Assembly: GCA_049472355.1 (NCBI GenBank)
Contig: JBLIRP010000065.1
Coordinates: forward strand, 1 to 22,748
Direction of reading: 5' to 3'
Length of the DNA stretch: 22,748 nt
Source of the DNA: a bacterium
GTDB taxonomy: Bacteria; SZUA-182; DTGQ01; JAFGSM01
In this document: piece by piece, positions 1 to 8,800 of the stretch
How the letters are laid out: each line of letters starts with the position of its first letter
Position numbering within the stretch: the first letter of the stretch is position 1
Position numbers and translations under genes: made by a program
The notes under the pieces: generated by a model
The model's database searches: none
The model's input: only the letters and a program-made list of their open reading frames with translations
Told to the model about the DNA's origin: nothing

Positions 1-910
1 CATATGCATCGATGGCCTTGGCCACGGACTCGATGAAGGAGTGGTATACCTCCCGTTCGGGTCCGGCCTCCGCCAGACAGCCGGGGGGAAATGAGCACAG
101 GATGGGACAGATGCGCAACGGCGGCCATGAAGCACCGAACCGTTCCCATATGAACTGAAGAAAGAGCACCTGGAACTCGAGGGTATGTTCGGAACGGTGG
201 AGAAACTCCTCTGAATAGAGCCCTCCTCTAAAGTGTTCCTCAATAAGTTTCATGAATCCCTCGTCACACGGTGTCGTCCCCAGCGGGGTCTGGAAGGATT
301 TCGCCGTAAGCGCAAACAGCCCCTCCACCCCCGCATGGCAGGTCCCCAGGATAATGAATAGGGCGGGCACCGGCGAGGATTGGGACAGGGCGGCGTATGC
401 ACGGGCAAAGCAGGGCCCCCCGGATGCAAGATCGATATGGGGGGCGACGAGACCGCTTATTTTCCCTGAATGATTCCCTGCCGGGGGAAGGCCGGGTCCC
501 TTTGGGGGCGGGAAATACCCCTCCAGTTCATCCCGCAGGGCGGCAGGGTCCGAGGAATAGCTCAACCCGGAGAAGAAGGGGGGCCTGAAGGGAGAATCGA
601 GGAATCCCTGCCGTATCCTTTCCTGAAATTCCCGGAACCTCTCGGAGTCGAGAAAGAGGTAGTGATCCAGTTGCTGAAGAAATGCCACCAGGTCGTCACG
701 AAAGAGCAGGTCTCCGTGGCAGCGGGTATACTCCGCCTGGATGTCCAACAGGGAGTGGGTGCCGTCAAGGCAGGAAAGGAGGGGAACGAGGTGCCAGGGG
801 ATGAGGAGGGGCTTGTCGCTGATCCTCTGAGGATCGTGCAGGCAGCCCATCCGTTTTCCGTCGACCAGAACAGGGAAGAATTGAACCGGCCTCAATCGTG
901 CATAATCCAT
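1..910 (-). CDS. amrB: MEMO1-family protein (AmmeMemoRadiSam system protein B) with N-terminal extension; runs off the left edge
   Basis: Absent from the ORF track (no stop in window). Manual translation from ATG 910 (AGAGG upstream): MDYARLRPVQFFP...RPPFFSGLSY...GLVAPHIDLASGG...FIILGTCH...FQTPLG...HRSEHTLEFQVLFLQ. PH, G-x-x-H, TPLG and EH-x-x-E motifs match MEMO. Confidence 0.88.
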   Translation of the reverse strand, partial: MDYARLRPVQFFPVLVDGKRMGCLHDPQRISDKPLLIPWHLVPLLSCLDGTHSLLDIQAEYTRCHGDLLFRDDLVAFLQQLDHYLFLDSERFREFQERIRQGFLDSPFRPPFFSGLSYSSDPAALRDELEGYFPPPKGPGLPPAGNHSGKISGLVAPHIDLASGGPCFARAYAALSQSSPVPALFIILGTCHAGVEGLFALTAKSFQTPLGTTPCDEGFMKLIEEHFRGGLYSEEFLHRSEHTLEFQVLFLQFIWERFGASWPPLRICPILCSFPPGCLAEAGPEREVYHSFIESVAKAIDAY

Positions 911-970
911 GGTCAACCTCTGCGGTTCACAAACCGGCGCCGGAAGGCGCTCTCCTTTCCCATCGGGCGT

Positions 971-1597
971 TCATTGCACAATCTCCAGAAGCTCGAGCGG
1001 CTCACGGATCGTGAAGTCCGGGATGAGTTCCTGCCTGCGCCCGAAGCCGTACGATGCCCAGCAGGTGGCAATACCGGCATTTTTACCGGCGAGGATATCC
1101 GTGTAGTTGTCCCCGATGGTCATGGTTCCCTCCTGTTTGGAGGAGGATCGTTTCATGACCTCGAACATGGCATCCGGGGCGGGTTTCTTGGGCCACTCGT
1201 CATCCCCTGCAATGATACAATCAAATCTATCCAGAAGTCCGAGTCCCTCCAGGATCGGAATCGTGAATTCCCTCGATTTGTTGGTGACCACGGCAAGAAA
1301 TCTGCCCCGTAACCGGTCGAGCAGTTCAGGGACTCCCCCGTAGCAGGTCGTGGTGTCCAGCAGGTGCCTTCGATAGTCGGCCTTGAAGATCGCAACCCCT
1401 GCTTCCACCTCTTCAGTGTGTCCTTCCATGGCCTGGGCGATCAAACGGTATACGCCCTCTCCGATGAGCCGGTAAATGGTCTCCAACTCCTTGGGCGGGA
1501 GATCAAGGCTGATGAGGGTCCGATTTACCGAATCGGCGATGTCCTTCTTTGAATCGACGAGGGTGCCGTCAAGATCGAATATGAGGGTTTGTATCAT
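971..1597 (-). CDS. HAD-superfamily hydrolase, phosphoglycolate phosphatase (Gph)-like
   Basis: Motifs IFDLDGTLVDS, VVTNK, KKPAP, IGDNYTDILAG. Start placed at ATG 1597 (MIQTLIFD); the frame is open to 1735 but that part overlaps a repeat. Confidence 0.9.
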   Translation of the reverse strand: MIQTLIFDLDGTLVDSKKDIADSVNRTLISLDLPPKELETIYRLIGEGVYRLIAQAMEGHTEEVEAGVAIFKADYRRHLLDTTTCYGGVPELLDRLRGRFLAVVTNKSREFTIPILEGLGLLDRFDCIIAGDDEWPKKPAPDAMFEVMKRSSSKQEGTMTIGDNYTDILAGKNAGIATCWASYGFGRRQELIPDFTIREPLELLEIVQ

Positions 1598-1602
1598 ATC
1601 TT

Positions 1603-1676
1603 TCAACCAAACTTCGTCAGGCGGAGCGAAGCGAAGCACTATGTTGCCCTCCCCGTCACCTTTACGTCTTGCTTCG
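1603..1676. repeat. Dispersed intergenic repeat, copy 1
   Basis: TCAACCAAACT (1603-1613), GCGGAGCGAAGCGAAGC (1621-1637), ACTAT and CTTGCTTCG (1668-1676) recur in the same order at 18078-18157. Confidence 0.8.
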
Positions 1677-1771
1677 CAAAAGCCCCACCCCGCTTCCGGG
1701 CGTTTCACTTGAAAATCCCCTTTGGGTATTTTCATGCCTCTTTGTGAGCCGAAGTCTCATCTGCGTTTCAC

Positions 1772-1806
1772 TTCTACATTCTACATTCTACATTCGACAT
1801 TCGCAG
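1772..1806. repeat. Heptamer tandem repeat (TTCTACA)x3-TTCGACA-TTCGCAG inside a hairpin
   Basis: Read directly; enclosed by inverted pairs TGAGCCG (1745-1751)/CGGCTCA (1814-1820) and CTGCG (1761-1765)/CGCAG (1802-1806). Confidence 0.85.
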
Positions 1807-1945
1807 TTTCATCCGGCTCATGTGCGTTTCACCCGCACGTGATCGGGATGCGCCGCTCGGAGGCGAGTACTCCCCTGTAAAGGGCACTATCAGGATACCA
1901 TATTTTCATTCTGCGTGAAATAACGATTTACAGGATGTACGGGGC

Positions 1946-1973
1946 TTGACATTTACTGAATGTGGTATAAAAT
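1946..1973 (+). promoter_or_regulatory. Putative sigma70 promoter for the 2030 gene
   Basis: TTGACA (1946-1951)-N16-TAAAAT (1968-1973); overlapping extended -10-like TGgTATAAA. Confidence 0.65.
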
Positions 1974-2029
1974 AATCGTGCTTAATAACGGGTTTCCATT
2001 GATTGAACATGAAAAGGGGGTGAACATCC

Positions 2030-2326
2030 ATGACGGCTTTATGGGCGGTACTTGGAGGTATTGTTGCGATATGTTTAGGGGCGATCGGTCTCGTCTACTG
2101 GTGGGCATTTTTCTTGAAGGCATTGGCGGCAACGGTCCCTGCCATATTGATTTTTGGAGGAGCGATTGCATTGTTCATAGGCATAAGTGAGTTACGAGAT
2201 TCCCTCAAGAGCAAGGAGGAAACGGATTTTTCCGATTATAAAACAGAGAGTAAAGTAGAAGAAAAGGGTGAAGAAGAGAAGCCCGAGGGTGAAAAAGCAA
2301 AGCCCAAAAAGACATCGAAGAAGTAG
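2030..2326 (+). CDS. Small two-TM membrane protein, MamI-like, with charged C-terminal tail
   Basis: GGGGGTG RBS, own promoter and terminator. Pattern G..A..LG..GL..WW......L...VP..LI.G...AL..G....R followed by an E/K-rich tail. Confidence 0.75.
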   Translation: MTALWAVLGGIVAICLGAIGLVYWWAFFLKALAATVPAILIFGGAIALFIGISELRDSLKSKEETDFSDYKTESKVEEKGEEEKPEGEKAKPKKTSKK

Positions 2327-2358
2327 GTTCTGTTTGCATTGTTCGCCATGATCAGAGA

Positions 2359-2389
2359 GGGTGCCAGTGTATGCTGGCGCCCCTTTTTT
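2359..2389 (+). terminator. Rho-independent terminator
   Basis: GGGTGCCAGT-GTAT-GCTGGCGCCC stem (two G.U pairs) followed by C-TTTTTT. Confidence 0.8.
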
Positions 2390-2488
2390 ATGATGGGATG
2401 GGTATTCGACCCTGTATTGCAGCAATGGACGCGGGTAAATATATCCGCCCGCGGCGACAGCATGCAGGAATTGGACTTGCTGCTTGTA

Positions 2489-2517
2489 TTGACATGGGCG
2501 GATATTTTTGTTATCAA
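2489..2517 (+). promoter_or_regulatory. Putative sigma70 promoter for the exeA-like operon
   Basis: TTGACA (2489-2494)-N17-TATCAA (2512-2517) with TG at 2509-2510. Confidence 0.5.
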
Positions 2518-2559
2518 TACGTTATTTTACGGAAGGCCATTTTTCATTACTGACGTATC

Positions 2560-4047
2560 ATGGACTACATAAAACTTTTAAACCTCCAGTCTGAACCGTT
2601 TTCGAATTCCCCTGATCCCTCCTTCTTTTTTCTTTCGAAAACCTATCTGGATTGCCTGCAGAACCTTGAAATTTCAATCCGGTTGAGGAGGGGATTGAAT
2701 CTTGTGGTGGGGGATATCGGAACAGGAAAAACGACCCTGAGCAGGGCATTGATACAGCAGTTTCAAGCCGAGGTGGATCGCTTTCTGTTTCATCTTATCC
2801 TGGACCCCTCCTTCAAATCGGAGTATGATTTTCTGCACGCCCTCATCATGGGGTTCGGCATAACCCGTCCGGCCGTCAATTCCTCATTCGCCTACAAGGA
2901 GGCAATACGTCAGTTTCTGCTGGACGAAGGTGTCCAGAAGGGGAGGGTGATCGTCCTCATTGTCGACGAGGGGCAGAAGCTCAATGACGTGTGCCTTGAA
3001 TTGCTGAGGGACCTGCTCAACTTCGAGACCAACCAGTACAAGCTCCTTCAGTTGATCATTATGGCGCAAAAGGAGTTCCATGAGAAGATACGAGACAAAC
3101 GAAATCTCACCGACAGGATCAATACCTTTCATACCATAAGGCCGCTCGACAGAAACGAGACACAGGATATGATCCAGTTCCGCCTCCGCAAGGCAGGGTG
3201 GACGAAGAGCCGCCCCCTCTTTTCCCAGAAGGCCATCGATCGTATCTACCATTACAGCGAGGGATATCCCCGGAGGATCATTACCCTGTGCCATCATTCG
3301 CTCCTCCTGATGCTCATCCGGAAGGCGGATGTTGTGGAGCCCGACATCGTGGAGAATGCCATTTCCCAGTTGTACGAATACGAGGAAGGGGCCGGGGCGG
3401 ATGGGGTATCACTCCCCTCCAAGGGCATTGCATCACAGAAGCCGCGCAAGGGTTTCAGTCTGTCGAGGAGACTGCGAACCTTTCCCGTGCGGCGCCTCTT
3501 CAATCCCGTTCTCTCGGCATCACTCATATTTCTTCTCTTTGTAACCCTGCTCTGGGGTACCAAACACATGAATTGGATCAACAGGGAGGGCGCGATAGAG
3601 GAGCCTATTGCCTCCGTCACGCGTGAGGCCCCAATTACTCCTGCCGAACCCGATGAGGCAGGGGTGAGCGCTGATGTCCCTCTCGCCGGAACCGGGATTT
3701 CGGAACCCTCTTACACCGGGCAGGTGGCCAGGATCATGGATGAACTTAAGGAGCCTGAGGAAGATCGCCGCGAGGATGTCAGCGAGGTTATCCCCATGAT
3801 CGTCTCGGAGGGGGATACAATATTGAGGCTGGCCAGGAGGATATACAGGAGCCCCATGGACCAATCACTTCTTGAGAAGATCCGGGGCATGAATCCGCAC
3901 ATCCCGGATCTTGATCATATAGAGGTCGGCGAACGGGTCTTTTTCCCCAGATTCTCCGATTCCGGCGCCGAACTCCTTGCCCCCTCATTCTCTGCCGGAA
4001 AGGAGTTCCCCTTCGGCGCGGGGGAGGGTGATCATGAAAACCGATAA
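2560..4047 (+). CDS. ExeA/GspA (MshM-like) AAA ATPase with TM segment and C-terminal LysM-like domain
   Basis: EPFSNSPDPSFFF N-terminus, Walker A GDIGTGKTT, Walker B LIVDEGQ, SEGYPRRI; TM SLIFLLFVTLLW; LysM-like VSEGDTILRLARRIY...NPHIPDLDHIEVGERVFFP. Confidence 0.9.
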   Translation: MDYIKLLNLQSEPFSNSPDPSFFFLSKTYLDCLQNLEISIRLRRGLNLVVGDIGTGKTTLSRALIQQFQAEVDRFLFHLILDPSFKSEYDFLHALIMGFGITRPAVNSSFAYKEAIRQFLLDEGVQKGRVIVLIVDEGQKLNDVCLELLRDLLNFETNQYKLLQLIIMAQKEFHEKIRDKRNLTDRINTFHTIRPLDRNETQDMIQFRLRKAGWTKSRPLFSQKAIDRIYHYSEGYPRRIITLCHHSLLLMLIRKADVVEPDIVENAISQLYEYEEGAGADGVSLPSKGIASQKPRKGFSLSRRLRTFPVRRLFNPVLSASLIFLLFVTLLWGTKHMNWINREGAIEEPIASVTREAPITPAEPDEAGVSADVPLAGTGISEPSYTGQVARIMDELKEPEEDRREDVSEVIPMIVSEGDTILRLARRIYRSPMDQSLLEKIRGMNPHIPDLDHIEVGERVFFPRFSDSGAELLAPSFSAGKEFPFGAGEGDHENR

Positions 4048-4702
4048 GGACTTGAATGCGACAAACCAGTTGATCAAGGTCATCAGGGGAGAGGCCTACT
4101 CCATCCCTTCGGACCGGAATTCCTCCCATGAAGATGCCGGTACAACCGGGCTTACCGGCCACGCCGGTGTGGGGAGATGGGGGAGGATGGCGATTGCGAC
4201 CCTCGTTCTCCTCATCGTCTGCTTTACCTTTTTGAGTGTGTCATTTCTTGCCGGACAGATCAAAAATCTCGAGGCCGCCAGGGGCAAACTGGCCGCCATG
4301 CGGCAGCAAATCGAAGCCCCCCCGGAACCGGTTTCCCTGTGGGAACAAAGGACGGAACTTGTTGAACGGATCGACTCCTTCCGGGAGTTCCTTACAGGGC
4401 CCAGGCCTTACGTATCGAGCCTTCTCAAGGAGATCTCGCACATCCTGCCCAAGAATTGTTTTTTAAACCGTGTTCACATCTTCATTCCCTCGTATGAGCT
4501 TGCCTCCCAGGGGGCAACCCTTACCGTTGAGGCAACCCTGGTCGATGATACACCCTCCTACCGGGACGCGGATGTAACCCCGGTGATCAAGGCCATCGAG
4601 GCATCCCCGCTTTTTGGGCGGACGAGGATCGGGTACCAGGATCGCTCGATTCTTTTCAACTATCGGACCATCGATTTTCAACTCGACTTTTCTCTGGAAT
4701 GA
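4034..4702 (+). CDS. PilN/MshI-like fimbrial assembly protein
   Basis: ATG 4034 after GGAGGGTG, overlapping the previous stop; single TM, coiled coil, SSLLKEISHILPKNCFL and IEASPLF segments typical of PilN. Confidence 0.7.
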   Translation: MKTDKDLNATNQLIKVIRGEAYSIPSDRNSSHEDAGTTGLTGHAGVGRWGRMAIATLVLLIVCFTFLSVSFLAGQIKNLEAARGKLAAMRQQIEAPPEPVSLWEQRTELVERIDSFREFLTGPRPYVSSLLKEISHILPKNCFLNRVHIFIPSYELASQGATLTVEATLVDDTPSYRDADVTPVIKAIEASPLFGRTRIGYQDRSILFNYRTIDFQLDFSLE

Positions 4703-5292
4703 CACGGGCAAACGCATACAACAGATTGAAATACATAGGAATATCCATCCTCGTGTGCGTGGTGGTCATTCTGTATGCTGCATGGTGGGGGGTATGCATA
4801 TATGTTCCCTATGCAAAAAAGAGGGATGCGCTCAAGCCCGATATTGCGGCCCTTGAGGAGGATATCCGCCAGAGAACTGAACAAGTGCGGCAATACCGGA
4901 TGATACATGAGCGGCTCAGCGCATCCATGGCCCCTCTGGAGCCCTTTCGGTCAAAACTTCCCCTGGTTCCCGATCTGCCTGAATTTGTCCGCCATGTTAA
5001 GCAGAGGGGAAGAAGGCATAATCTGATCGTGGAAGGGGTGCTGACCACACCCTCCCTTTCCACCGATTATCCGACCGAGGCCCTCATCGCCCCCGTACAC
5101 CTTTCGTTCACCCTCAAGGGGGAATTTCTTTCGGTCGGGCGATTCCTGCAGTATCTGGACGAGGAGGAACGGCACTTCTGTCATGTGCGGAGCGTCACCC
5201 TGGAAAGGTCATTGGCACGGGGCTATTCCGTGCTTGCCCGGGTAAAGGCTGAGCTGTTTTGCCAAAAGGAGGAGCGTGATGGATCTTCCTAA
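4699..5292 (+). CDS. PilO/MshJ/GspM-like protein
   Basis: ATGA overlap; TM + coiled coil + KLP..PDLPEF...PVHLSFTLKGEFLSVGRFLQYL, a PilO-type signature. Confidence 0.8.
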   Translation: MTRANAYNRLKYIGISILVCVVVILYAAWWGVCIYVPYAKKRDALKPDIAALEEDIRQRTEQVRQYRMIHERLSASMAPLEPFRSKLPLVPDLPEFVRHVKQRGRRHNLIVEGVLTTPSLSTDYPTEALIAPVHLSFTLKGEFLSVGRFLQYLDEEERHFCHVRSVTLERSLARGYSVLARVKAELFCQKEERDGSS

Positions 5293-5791
5293 GAAATGGC
5301 TCATTCCCGTACTTTCCACTGTTGCTGCGGGAATCGTCGTCCTCATGCTCATCGGCCTGAGGCATCGAAGCATGCGTCGATCAGACCCTGTTTCCGGTGC
5401 CGATGAGGAGGCCGGGCTCACCACCCCTTCTCCCGGTGGGCAGAGTGCATCCGGGCAGACCGACCAGGGAATGAATTCCTCCTATGCAGCCCAGGCACGA
5501 CTCTTGAGCGCCCCCTGGGGAAGGGACCTTTTCAGCCTCGATTCCATAAAGACCAGATCTGCCGGGGCTACCGCCCCCCCCAGCGGGGGGCTTCGCACCT
5601 CGGAGGGCCGGCTTTTGGATATCAAATTGACCGGGATTGTCTTTTTTGATAATCAGTATATGGCGCTGATCAACGACAACGGCGTACGGGAAGGGGACAG
5701 CATTTTCGGTTTCAAGGTGTTGAAGATAAAGCGCGACTATATCGTGCTGCTCGACGGCTCCGGCGACTACTATACACTGGATCTCAAATAG
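5279..5791 (+). CDS. GspB/MshK/PilP-like accessory protein
   Basis: AGGAGG RBS; N-terminal TM, low-complexity linker, WGRDLF, then KLTGIVF....MALINDNGVREGDSIFGFKVLKI beta domain. Confidence 0.7.
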   Translation: MDLPKKWLIPVLSTVAAGIVVLMLIGLRHRSMRRSDPVSGADEEAGLTTPSPGGQSASGQTDQGMNSSYAAQARLLSAPWGRDLFSLDSIKTRSAGATAPPSGGLRTSEGRLLDIKLTGIVFFDNQYMALINDNGVREGDSIFGFKVLKIKRDYIVLLDGSGDYYTLDLK

Positions 5792-5808
5792 AAACGATTC
5801 GAGGAACA

Positions 5809-8800
5809 ATGGAAGAAGAGAGAATCTCCTGGAACTATATCATATTCACCGCGCTCATCGGGATTTTTTTGCTCCTGAACCTTTTCGGGATCTTCCGCAC
5901 CCTTTTCGGGGTGAACACCGCCATCTTTCTTACCCTCATCGGCGGGTACAAGATCTTTTACCATGCAGTGAGCGAACTGTTCGAGAAGAGGATCTCGGTG
6001 GACCTGGCAATCGGCATTGCCGCCATCGGGGCCCTGGCCATACGGCAGTATCTTGCGGCTGCAGAGGTCATCTTCATCATGCTCATCGGCGAGGCCCTGG
6101 AAATGTTCGCGGTGGACAAGACCAGATCGGCCATCAAGAACCTGGTCGCCTTGGCCCCCAAGAGGGCTCGGGTGAGAAGGGACGGGATCGAGCTGGAGCT
6201 GCCCCTGGAGGCGATCAGGGTGGGAGAAACCGTCATCTGCAAGCCCGGGGAAAGGATCCCCGTCGACGGCGTGGTGGTTCATGGCGCATCCTTTGTTGAC
6301 CAGGGACCCATCAGCGGGGAATCGATCCCGGTGGAAAAGCAGGTGGGCTCGGAGGTTTACAGCGGCACCATCAATCAGCACGGCGTTCTTGAGATCAGGA
6401 GCGAGAAGGTCGGCGAGGACACCCTTCTTGCGAGGATCATTCATCTGGTGGAGGATGCCCAGGAGAAGAAGGCCCCCTTTCAGAAGACCGCCGACCGCTA
6501 TGCCGTCTATTTCGTCCCCACCATCCTGATCCTCGCAGCCCTCACCCTCCTGTTCAGCGGCGATTGGATTCGCGCGGTTTCCGTTCTTATCATCGCCTGC
6601 CCCTGCGCGCTGGTGCTTGCCACTCCTACGGCGGTGGTGGCGGGTATCGGCCGCCTCGCCAAGGAGGGCATCCTGGTGAAGGGGGGTATGTATCTGGAGG
6701 CCGTGGGCAGGATCGACACCCTGGTGATGGACAAGACCGGCACCGTCACCCAGGGGCGGCCGAGGATCATTGATATCAAGCCCCAGGGCGGTTATGACCG
6801 GAAGGGTGTGCTTACCCTGGCTGCATCTGCGGAGAGCTGTTCCGAGCATCTCCTGGCCCGGTTGATTGTGGAAAAGGCCAAGGAAGAGGGCATAGGGATC
6901 AAAAAGGCGGATACCGCCCAGGTGATACCGGGCCGGGGGGTCGTGGTCGGCCTCGGCCGGAATAAGGTCGTGGTCGGCAACCGGAAGATGGCCGAGGAGC
7001 ATGGGATTACCTTGAGCATGGACCAAATCGAGGATCTCGAGCGGATCGACGCATCGGGCCAGACCCCCATCCTCGTTGCGGATAATCAAAAACTCGCGGG
7101 GATTGTCAGCATCGAGGACAGTGTCCGCCCTGATGCGGAAGAGGCCATAGGCTCCTTGACAGGGCTGGGTGTAACGGGTATCCACATGCTGACGGGTGAT
7201 ACCCCTCGGGTCGCCAAGGTCATCGCCGAAAGGGTGGGAATACGGGAGGTGCAGGCCGGTCTCCTTCCCGACGAGAAGGCCGAACATATACGCAGGCTTC
7301 AGTCCGAAGGACGGAAGGTGGCGATGGTCGGTGACGGGATCAACGATGCCCCCTCCCTTGCAATGGCGGACGTGGGGATCGCCATGGGGGGTATAGGCAC
7401 GGACATCGCCATTGAGGCGGCGGACATCATCCTCATGGCCGACGACCTGAAGAAGCTGCGCGAAACCGTGCTCATAGGGAAGAGAACCGTCCGGGTCATC
7501 AAACAGAACATCCTCTTTTTTGCGGTGGTCTTCAATCTGCTCGCAGTGGCCGCCGCCTCTTTCTTTACCTTCATCACCCCGGTATGGGCCGCGGTCATCC
7601 ATCAGATAAGCTCACTGCTCGTGGTGGGGAATTCCTTGCGGCTCCTTTCCAGTCATCGGATCAGGCAGGAGATGCGGGAGAATGTTGTTTCATTCCTGGG
7701 GTATCTCTCCCGGGATGTGTGGGGAAAGGGGGGAGACTGGATCGGGGAACACAGCGCCGGTCTGCTGAGATCCGCCGTTGTCCTTTGTGTCCTGATATAC
7801 GCCGTGAGCGGTTTTTTTATCATCCGGCCCAATCAACTGGGGGTTGTTCAGATCTTCGGCAAGAGACGTCCGAGGACTATTGCTCCCGGGCTTCACTATA
7901 TCCCACCGTGGCCCATAGGAAGGGTGACCAAGCTTCCCCGGAGTGTGGATCGGGTGGAGATCGGTTTCCGCAGCCGGAGTGTCCGGGAGGCACTGGGGGA
8001 TCCAAACCGGGTCTATCAGCCACTTGTTGCCTATGAGTGGGACATCCAGCACCGAACGGGCGCCTACAAGGACGTTCCCGATGAGTCCCAGACCTTTACC
8101 GGGGATGAGAACTTCATCGAGCTTGATATGGTGGTGCACTATACCATCAAGGATCCCGCGCTCTACCTTTTCAGGATTAGGGGGAGGGAGGATGCCGATT
8201 CCATCATCCGTTTCACCGCGAAATCGACCATCATCCGGATTATTGCCAAGAAGACCATCGACGATATCCTGACCACCGAGCGAAATGCCATCGAGGAGGA
8301 GGCCAAGGAGGGGCTTCAGGCGGTTCTCGATGACTACGGGGCAGGGATCGAGGTGGAGGGGATCTATCTCCAGTCGGTGCATCCCCCCATTGAGGTTGCC
8401 GATGCGTTCCGGGATGTGGTAAACGCCAATGAGGAGAAGAGCCGGTTGATCAATCTGGCGGAGGCCTATTCGCGGGAACAGTTGCCCCTGGCCCGGGGGA
8501 ACGCCTTCAACTCTCTGGAGGATGCCGGAGCGTACAGAAAGGAGCTCATTGATAAGTCCGCAGGGGACGGGAAACGATTCCTTTTTTCTGCGCAGGAATT
8601 CGGACGATATCCCTCCGTGACAAAGGAGCGGCTCTACCTCGAGACAATGGAGGCCGGCCTGAGCGGGATAAAGAAATTCGTGATGGATAAAAACAGAACC
8701 GGAGGGAGTGAACTGACCATTGTCACCCCAAGGGAATTCACGGAGTTTTTGAATGCACTCTCTTCGGGATCGAGAAACAACACCGGCGCTGCTTCACGGG

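Noticed and set aside
1772..1806. CRISPR array
   Set aside because: 7-bp units without spacers; no cas genes.
2030..2326. Magnetosome gene island
   Set aside because: No other mam/mad genes recognised in the window.
5770..7602. 610-aa minus-strand ORF
   Set aside because: Antisense shadow of the P1B ATPase; no recognisable motifs.
5809..7650. Ferrosome FezB (P1B-6) assignment
   Set aside because: Has CPC rather than the SCA-type motif, and no fez-like neighbours are recognisable.
7660..7680. Possible internal start (AGGAG-ATG) making HflK a separate gene
   Set aside because: No upstream stop, and the SD-like motif abuts the ATG; a fusion is the simpler reading.
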